Source: a virus (taxonomy: Duplodnaviria > Caudoviricetes). From it: a DNA stretch of 48,050 bases. This document shows positions 42,451 through 48,050 of the stretch, piece by piece. Below the pieces are notes generated by a model. It was not told where the DNA came from and did no database searches. It saw only the letters and a list, made by a program, of their open reading frames with translations. The stretch is taken from positions 1 to 48,050 of the IMG/VR virus record IMGVR_UViG_3300045110_000198. One strand, given 5' to 3'. The position numbers were made by a program, and so were the translations under genes. The first letter of the stretch is position 1. Each line of letters opens with the position of its first letter.

Positions 42451-43190
42451 CGGTCCGTCACGACCGTCGCTTCGCCTTCCTCGTCCAGCAGGCGCTGCAG
42501 CGTCTCGTACGGCATCCACACCCGGTGCGGCCACGTGGCGCCCCACGAGTTCAGGATCCGCACCGCACCCATCCGCTCGTTCGCCGGCGAGCTCAGAGCG
42601 CCCACCACCTGATCCACCTGCGTCGCCCAGCGATTCGCGGCGATGCCGTCGCCCTGCAGCACCGCGCTGCCGCCCGCCCGCACGTGCCCGCGGTCGCGCA
42701 GGATGTCCATCGCGGCCTTCACGGACGTGCCGTTGTCGTCGCCCGGGTTCGTGTCCGGCCACTCGTCAATCCGCTTCGCCTGGTTCCACAGCCAGCGCGC
42801 GTCGTAGCGCTTGCGGTTCAGCAGGCTCATCATGCGGCTCGAGCCGAAGCCGACGCACGCACCCTCCGCGCCCTGGTCGTAGAACTTGTGCCACGCGTCC
42901 GTGTCCTGCTCGCCCATCCCGATCGCCGGGTCGCCCGGCTCGAGGCAGACGCAGTGCCCGCCGCGGACGCGCCCCAGGTCGCCGCGGCCGATCCACCAGC
43001 GCCCGCGCGAGTCCTTCTCCGGCGTGTCGAAGTTCTCGTACCAGTTCACGCCGATCGTCACGGGCACCGGCTTCACGGGCGTCGTCGCGGCCGTCAGCGG
43101 CCAGCTGGTCACGTGCGTGAAGGACTCCGGGATCAGACGGTCCAAGCGCGCGTCCTCGGGCGCGCGACCCAGCGGGCGGTAGCGCAGCAT
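42447..43190 (-). CDS. Papain-like (C1) cysteine peptidase with permuted motif order
   Basis: GGHCVC, then YDQGAEGACVGF, then ILNSWG. Confidence 0.8.
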   Translation of the reverse strand: MLRYRPLGRAPEDARLDRLIPESFTHVTSWPLTAATTPVKPVPVTIGVNWYENFDTPEKDSRGRWWIGRGDLGRVRGGHCVCLEPGDPAIGMGEQDTDAWHKFYDQGAEGACVGFGSSRMMSLLNRKRYDARWLWNQAKRIDEWPDTNPGDDNGTSVKAAMDILRDRGHVRAGGSAVLQGDGIAANRWATQVDQVVGALSSPANERMGAVRILNSWGATWPHRVWMPYETLQRLLDEEGEATVVTDR

Positions 43191-43486
43191 CAGCCGTTCA
43201 CGATCCTCTCGCTCGGCAGCGTCTCCAGGCGGCCCTCGCGCAGCATCCGCTTGCCGACCTCGCGCAGATGCGCCTCCGCCTCCGGGTCCCACATCTCCGG
43301 GTCGAACGGGCCGCCCTTGCGCTTCACGGACGGGGCGGCCGCGCGGATCGTGTCGATGTTCGCGCGCGCGCACGCGCCCATGTGCTTCTGCATGTCCCCG
43401 ACCGTGCCGAACAGATCCTCCCCGCACACGTTGCAGTGGCCGGTCGGCTCGCGGTACTCCGGCGGGATCCAGATGTTCAGGCTCAT
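43190..43486 (-). CDS. Hypothetical protein with a C2HC zinc-finger-like motif
   Basis: CNVCG...HMGAC; coupled. Confidence 0.6.
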   Translation of the reverse strand: MSLNIWIPPEYREPTGHCNVCGEDLFGTVGDMQKHMGACARANIDTIRAAAPSVKRKGGPFDPEMWDPEAEAHLREVGKRMLREGRLETLPSERIVNG

Positions 43487-43626
43487 CCGAGCTCGCTCTC
43501 CCAGCACAGGAGGCAGAGCAGCCTGGCGCCCGTGTGCGCGACCTGCCCGTGCTTCCCGCAGTGGGCGCACGTGCCCAGCGTCGTGAGACGCGTCTCGATC
43601 TCGTCAGCCTTCTGGAGAGGTTCCAT
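43483..43626 (-). CDS. Small zinc-binding protein (47 aa), leaderless
   Basis: CAHCG...LCLLC; ATGA overlap. Confidence 0.55.
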   Translation of the reverse strand: MEPLQKADEIETRLTTLGTCAHCGKHGQVAHTGARLLCLLCWESELG

Positions 43627-43633
43627 GCCCGCC

Positions 43634-43654
43634 ATGCTCGCGCCGCGAGCGGAC
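43634..43654 (-). promoter_or_regulatory. Late-type promoter motif GTCCG-N10-GAGCAT, leaderless
   Basis: 7 nt to ATG 43626. Confidence 0.6.
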
Positions 43655-43656
43655 AC

Positions 43657-43977
43657 CTACGGCACGAACACGAACGACACCCAGCGCCGGCCCCACGCGC
43701 GCGACGCGGCGCACGAGGGATGCCACAGGTCCAGGCGCGTGCCGTACCCGATGCGGTCCCGGATCGTGAACGTCCGCTGCCCGTAGAACGACCGACCGGT
43801 CAGCCGGATGTGCGCGCCGAGCCTGACGCCGTTCATCGCCGCTGACCCCCAGCGGGTGTACGTGCCGTCGGCCATCCGGCCGTGCAGGCAGTAGGACGTC
43901 GCGCCCGTGCCCTGCGCGTCGGCAGTGGCGGGCGTGAAAGCGATGGCCGCGATGGCGGCCGCGAACAACTTGCGCAT
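43657..43977 (-). CDS. Secreted 3D-domain (MltA-like) protein
   Basis: Signal peptide MRKLFAAAIAAIAFTPATADA; ATSYC..GRMADG...IRDRIG...LDLW...WGRR. Confidence 0.7.
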   Translation of the reverse strand: MRKLFAAAIAAIAFTPATADAQGTGATSYCLHGRMADGTYTRWGSAAMNGVRLGAHIRLTGRSFYGQRTFTIRDRIGYGTRLDLWHPSCAASRAWGRRWVSFVFVP

Positions 43978-44063
43978 GGTTCCCCTCCCGGAACGCCGAG
44001 CGCCCGCATAGGCGGGCGCTCGTGGTGCTGTCCTCATGGCTGGTAACAGGAAGGCTAGCGCAC

Positions 44064-45944
44064 TCAGTAGCCCGAGACGTCGTCCGTCGGCTGCCACTTC
44101 GCCTTCTTCTTGCCCGGCTCCTTCGGCACGCGGTACTCCTCCATCACCTGATGCGCGCCCATCGCCGCCATCAGCAAGTCGTCGTGCTCGCCCGGCATCG
44201 CGCCGCGGCGGCCCTTCTCGTCACGTATATACGTCGTCAACTGCCGTGCGGCCTTCACGCTGCGCAGCCCGCCGCGCGTGTCCGACTCCAGCGCCGAGCC
44301 CATCGCGCCCTCCATCAGCGGCTTCGTGCTCGGGTTCGTCTGCCAGCCGATGATCTCCGTCGCGTCCTCCTGGCGACGATCGCGGCGCCGGCGACGGTAG
44401 AGCTTCGGGTAGCGGTACTCCTTCGCGAGCGGGTCGTTCACGGCCACGCCCACCGAGTTGACCTCAACCGCGACGTATGCCCGGTTGTAGTAGAGCGCGA
44501 TGAGCAGGACCCAGAACGGTAGAAGATGACGATCGAGACGAGACTCGTACTCCGCCACCTGCAGTCGGGTCCGGTGGTCGAATACCTGGATCGCATGGAA
44601 GTCCCCCTCATCGAACGTGTCCTCGCGGCCTTCCGCCACGTCCACGAACACCACGTACGCGCCCTCCGGCCGGCGCTCGTCCTCCGCCAGCCCCGCCTCA
44701 GACTCCTTCGTGACCGGGTGCTCCCACACCTCCAGTAGCTCCTCGCCCAGCTTCGCCTCGTCCTCCGGCACCCACACGGCGCCCGTGGGGACCTTCGTCT
44801 GCCCGCGGGCGGTGCGCTTGACCTCGAACCCCTCCGCGCGCAGCGTGCCCCGCACGGACGGCGGAGCGGCCTCCGCAGCCTTGATCGCCTTCGCCACCAG
44901 CACGCTCGAGAAGAACGGCCGCCCGCTGAGGATGAACGCCTCCTCCGCGCTGGACGGGTTCTCCTGCTTGAACAACTCCACCTTGTTCTCATGCTGCGTG
45001 CGGATCATCATCCGCCGCCACGCGAGTTGTTCCGGCGTCAGGTCGTAGAGCTCCTGCAGCGCCGGCTCGTCCTCCACCTGCTCGCCGTAGCGGCGCGTGT
45101 CCCCGATCGTCTCGATGAACCGCTCGCGCGCGTCACTCGTGGAGAACATGGACGCGCAGCCCGGGTCGCGCCACCACGGCACGAACACGGGCACGTACGT
45201 TTCGCCGGAGTCCGGGTCCGCCTGCCCGCTCACCGCGTCCTGCCAGCGACGGTAGAAGAAGTTCAGGCCGTTCGCGGTGGACTCCAGGACCGCGATCGTC
45301 TCCGGCTCGTACGGCAGCGCGTTCAGCAGCGCCAGCATCTTCGAGCCGGGGCCGCTCGTCGCGGACTCCTTCCAGCGCGCGACCTCGCTCAGATGGATCA
45401 TCGACGGGGTGTAGCCGCGCTTGCCTTCCGGGCTGTTCGCGGTGTCGATCTCGAACGTGGACGTCGCGGACAGGCCCTCCATCCGCAGGCGCCGCGACTT
45501 CTCCCCGAACTCCATGAACGAGCGGTTGCCCGAGCGGCTGAAGTTCGCGCCGATTAGGTCCGGCTTGATCGAGAAGTTCCCGCCGAGTTGCTGGTAGGTC
45601 GGCAGGTGCGAGTACATCCGCCGGGCCATCTCGAAGATCTGATGGGCGGTGTCCGTGTCCTGCGCGCACACGATCGCCAGAGAGTCCGGGATCTGCGTCA
45701 CGCGCTGCAGGAACTTCGCCGCGACCCACGTGGAGAACCCGAGCTTGCGGGCCTTCAGCACGATCGCGCGCATCGGCAGCCCGGCGGCGCGCTGCTTCTC
45801 TAGCTCCGCGTCGAACTCCAACTGCCAGGGGTGCGGGACAAGCGGCACCAGATGGCGCCGCTTGTCCAGGATCTTCGCGCACTGCGTCGCCCAGAATGGG
45901 GTGTCGTAGCAGAGCCGGTGCTGGAGCTCTGCGATCTCGCTCAC
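44064..45944 (-). CDS. terL: Terminase large subunit
   Basis: LKARKLGFST (Walker A), IHLSEVA (Walker B), LESTANG, VFVDVAEG, HDDLLMA. Confidence 0.93.
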   Translation of the reverse strand: MSEIAELQHRLCYDTPFWATQCAKILDKRRHLVPLVPHPWQLEFDAELEKQRAAGLPMRAIVLKARKLGFSTWVAAKFLQRVTQIPDSLAIVCAQDTDTAHQIFEMARRMYSHLPTYQQLGGNFSIKPDLIGANFSRSGNRSFMEFGEKSRRLRMEGLSATSTFEIDTANSPEGKRGYTPSMIHLSEVARWKESATSGPGSKMLALLNALPYEPETIAVLESTANGLNFFYRRWQDAVSGQADPDSGETYVPVFVPWWRDPGCASMFSTSDARERFIETIGDTRRYGEQVEDEPALQELYDLTPEQLAWRRMMIRTQHENKVELFKQENPSSAEEAFILSGRPFFSSVLVAKAIKAAEAAPPSVRGTLRAEGFEVKRTARGQTKVPTGAVWVPEDEAKLGEELLEVWEHPVTKESEAGLAEDERRPEGAYVVFVDVAEGREDTFDEGDFHAIQVFDHRTRLQVAEYESRLDRHLLPFWVLLIALYYNRAYVAVEVNSVGVAVNDPLAKEYRYPKLYRRRRRDRRQEDATEIIGWQTNPSTKPLMEGAMGSALESDTRGGLRSVKAARQLTTYIRDEKGRRGAMPGEHDDLLMAAMGAHQVMEEYRVPKEPGKKKAKWQPTDDVSGY

Positions 45945-47044
45945 TTCTTGCCGGCCGCCTGCTGGTTCGGGTCAGCGGTCTGCTCGTCAGCCTGCCCGCC
46001 CTTCGGCGGCTTCGCGCGACGCGTCGGCGCCGGCTCGGGCACCGCCTCCGCCTTCGCGGCGCGGCCCGACACCTCGGCTGTCTCGTCCTTCTTGGACAGC
46101 TTGACGTCCTTCGGGTCGCCCTTCGTCTCCTCCGCGGCCTTCTTGCCCGGGATCAGCGCGTTCGCGCGCGCGACGTCCTCGTACAGCGGCTGGCCCTGCG
46201 CGTCCAGCCCGGTGCGGTTCGGCTGTGTCGTCGTGCCCTCGATCGGACCGGGGCCCGGCTGCGTCAGCGCGCCCGGCATGTTCGACACGTTGCCGTCACC
46301 GCCCGCGCCCGTCGCGGCGCGCAGCGGCTCCGCGGCCGCACGGCCCGGCTCGCCGCGGAGCTCCTTCGCCAGCGAGCTCTCCTTCGCCTGCTGCGCCGCC
46401 ACAGGCCCGCCGCCGGGGATCACGGTCGCCACGCCCGCCGGGGTGTGCGAGCGCTGCCACACGCCGGCGGGAACGTCCTCCTGGCGCTGCGGCCCCACGG
46501 CGATGCGCGTGGCCCGCCCGGTCTCCGTGTCGGACGCCTGCTTGACGTTGTCGCCCTCGTCCTCCTTCAGCTGCTCCTGCGACTGGTACGGGGTCGGCTC
46601 CTCCGGGTCCACCGGGTGAGCGGTCCCGCGCGGCGTGTCCGACCGCTGCGGCGTCCCCTCCGGCACCTGCCACTGCGCGAGATCCGGTGCGGCCTCGAGC
46701 GGCAGGTCGCTCTTCTTCACGCGCTCGGGCGCCTCGTCCGCCCACGTGCCGTCGGACAGGCGCACGCGGTCCGGCTGGATCGGCGGCTGCCCGAACATCG
46801 TCTCGTCGTCGGACTCGCGGCCGGTCACCCGCACCTCGAGCGGCTGGCCGTTGACGTAAGCGGTCGCGATGTAGCGCTGCCCGACGTCCGTGGAGAACGT
46901 GACCTCGCCGTCGTCATCGACGGTCTGGACGTCGACCTCCTCCGCGCCCTCGGAGCGCAGCACTCCCGCGTCCTGCACCTTCACGAGACGCACGACTGTC
47001 CCCTTCGGGAACCTGCCTCGCAGTGTCGTCTTGCCCTTCGCCAT
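45941..47044 (-). CDS. Hypothetical late protein: N-terminal beta domain plus three internal repeats
   Basis: GTGA overlap with terL; QRSDTPRGTA / QASDTETGRA / QRSHTPAGVA. Confidence 0.75.
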   Translation of the reverse strand: MAKGKTTLRGRFPKGTVVRLVKVQDAGVLRSEGAEEVDVQTVDDDGEVTFSTDVGQRYIATAYVNGQPLEVRVTGRESDDETMFGQPPIQPDRVRLSDGTWADEAPERVKKSDLPLEAAPDLAQWQVPEGTPQRSDTPRGTAHPVDPEEPTPYQSQEQLKEDEGDNVKQASDTETGRATRIAVGPQRQEDVPAGVWQRSHTPAGVATVIPGGGPVAAQQAKESSLAKELRGEPGRAAAEPLRAATGAGGDGNVSNMPGALTQPGPGPIEGTTTQPNRTGLDAQGQPLYEDVARANALIPGKKAAEETKGDPKDVKLSKKDETAEVSGRAAKAEAVPEPAPTRRAKPPKGGQADEQTADPNQQAAGKK

Positions 47045-47085
47045 CTTCGGCCCCCTTCGGGTCGCCGTGGTTTGCGGTCAGGCGA

Positions 47086-47106
47086 AGGATGCAGCGCGGC
47101 ACGGAC
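47086..47106 (-). promoter_or_regulatory. Late-type promoter motif GTCCG-N10-CATCCT
   Basis: Intergenic, upstream of the terL unit. Confidence 0.55.
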
Positions 47107-47343
47107 GCTCTGCCTCGCGCGCGCGTATATAGGCGGGGCCGACGCGGCCGCTGGTCCTGGCGCCCAGCCCATCCGCGTCGGCCCCTGGCCGGTTCCCATC
47201 CGGCCATCGCCCTTTGCATGAGACACAGGGAAGCCAACCCCTAGCCCCCAGGCGATATCAAGATCTAGGCGGGGCCGCCGGCGGCACCGCAGCGCCACCG
47301 ACGGCCCCGACCCGCCCGGACAGGATCGGGCGGGCATGGATCC

Positions 47344-47538
47344 TCACTCAGCGGGCGGACGCATCTCCCAGCCGCCTACGCGACGGCGGCGCCGCTCGCG
47401 GGAGAGATCCATCGCCCGCTGGTATTCCCGCTCGTCGCGGGCCAACTCCTCCCGGGTCGGGCGGTCCGGCTCGTCGCCCATCGCGTCCAGGTGGTCGCGC
47501 GCCTCGCGGCGCCAGAACAGTTCGTCTTCGGGTGTCAT
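47344..47538 (-). CDS. Hypothetical protein (64 aa)
   Basis: RBS aaggag; ATGA overlap. Confidence 0.6.
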   Translation of the reverse strand: MTPEDELFWRREARDHLDAMGDEPDRPTREELARDEREYQRAMDLSRERRRRRVGGWEMRPPAE

Positions 47539-47840
47539 CCTTGCTCCTTCGTGGTGGAGGAGAACTCGGCCAGGGCCTCGCGGGCTAGGTCCCCGGCCCT
47601 GACGAGCAAGGGCGCGGCCGGCCCGTCGGTGTCGCCGAGCCTTTCGATCTCGCGTAGCGCCTCCACCAGCTTCTCTGTGTTGCGCTCCGGGGACGGGGGC
47701 CGACAGCCGCACGTTCCTTCCGCGCACGCCTTGCTCAGAATCTCGTGGTCCTCGCCCTGCGCCATGATCGCCTGTGCCTCATGCGAGCGACGGCGTTGCT
47801 CCGCGCCCCAGCCGTATATGCCCTCTTGGCCCTCAGACAT
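47535..47840 (-). CDS. Mosaic hypothetical protein (101 aa) with shared linkers
   Basis: MSEG..., QGEDHE, PSPERNTEKL, LAEFSSTT. Confidence 0.7.
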   Translation of the reverse strand: MSEGQEGIYGWGAEQRRRSHEAQAIMAQGEDHEILSKACAEGTCGCRPPSPERNTEKLVEALREIERLGDTDGPAAPLLVRAGDLAREALAEFSSTTKEQG

Positions 47841-48050
47841 CAGTGCTCCTTGTGGTGGAGAACTCGGCCAGCCATTCCTTCGCGCGTTCATGCGGGCAGG
47901 GCCGCTCGTGGAGGTGGTGCGCCTGGCAGAGATCGTTGTGGTCGTACTCGCAGTCGTCGTTGTCGTTCACGAATTCAGCGAGTAGCCCGTACAGCTTCTC
48001 TGTGTTGCGCTCCGGGGACGGGCAGCGGGAGAGGTAGGCGGCGATGGCCC
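47833..48050 (-). CDS. 3' part of the junction-spanning gene (starts at 342)
   Basis: ...PSPERNTEKLYGLLAEFVNDNDDCEYDHNDLCQAHHLHERPCPHERAKEWLAEFSTTRSTDV*. Confidence 0.7.
   Translation of the reverse strand, partial: AIAAYLSRCPSPERNTEKLYGLLAEFVNDNDDCEYDHNDLCQAHHLHERPCPHERAKEWLAEFSTTRSTDV

Larger units (their letters stand above)
1..48050. mobile_element. Complete circular (circularly permuted) podovirus-like actinobacteriophage genome, possibly temperate
   Basis: End overlap (28-86 = 47992-48050); TerL, portal, capsid, nozzle, ejection and lysis genes present; no tape measure or tail tube recognised; tyrosine recombinase and mIHF present. Confidence 0.92.

Noticed and set aside
47992-48050. 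Terminal overlap as a biological direct terminal repeat
   Set aside because: Falls mid-gene at an internal repeat; best explained as assembly circularity

Overview
The window is an apparently complete, circular, high-GC (about 70% by eye) dsDNA phage genome of about 47.96 kb; positions 28-86 repeat 47992-48050. Most genes are on the minus strand. The virion module is podovirus-like: TerL, portal, scaffold, SU10/DUF5309-type major capsid protein, adaptor, nozzle, a LamG receptor-binding protein, and ejection proteins of which one carries an ADP-ribosyltransferase domain and one carries two peptidoglycan hydrolase domains. It is followed by a lysis cassette and a recombination operon (ERF, Cas4/RecB-like nuclease, tyrosine recombinase, phage-encoded mIHF, HNH, RuvC-like, degenerate primase-like gene). 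The rest comprises a three-gene late unit with a clan GH-A glycoside hydrolase, a short plus-strand early block (4578-7303), and an accessory array built from shared linker repeats that spans the contig junction. The host is inferred to be an actinobacterium, probably Thermoleophilia. Main unexplained signals: (i) a promoter motif GTCCG-N10-(G/T/C)ANNNT with PafBC/RecA-NDp geometry in front of eight late or structural units; (ii) a dispersed CGTATATACG palindrome that is also embedded in coding sequence; (iii) a papain-like protease with His-Cys-Asn order; (iv) repeat-linked shuffling cassettes. All protein assignments come from motifs recognised by eye, with no database searches. Several starts were trimmed from the ORF track using RBS position and stop/start overlaps.
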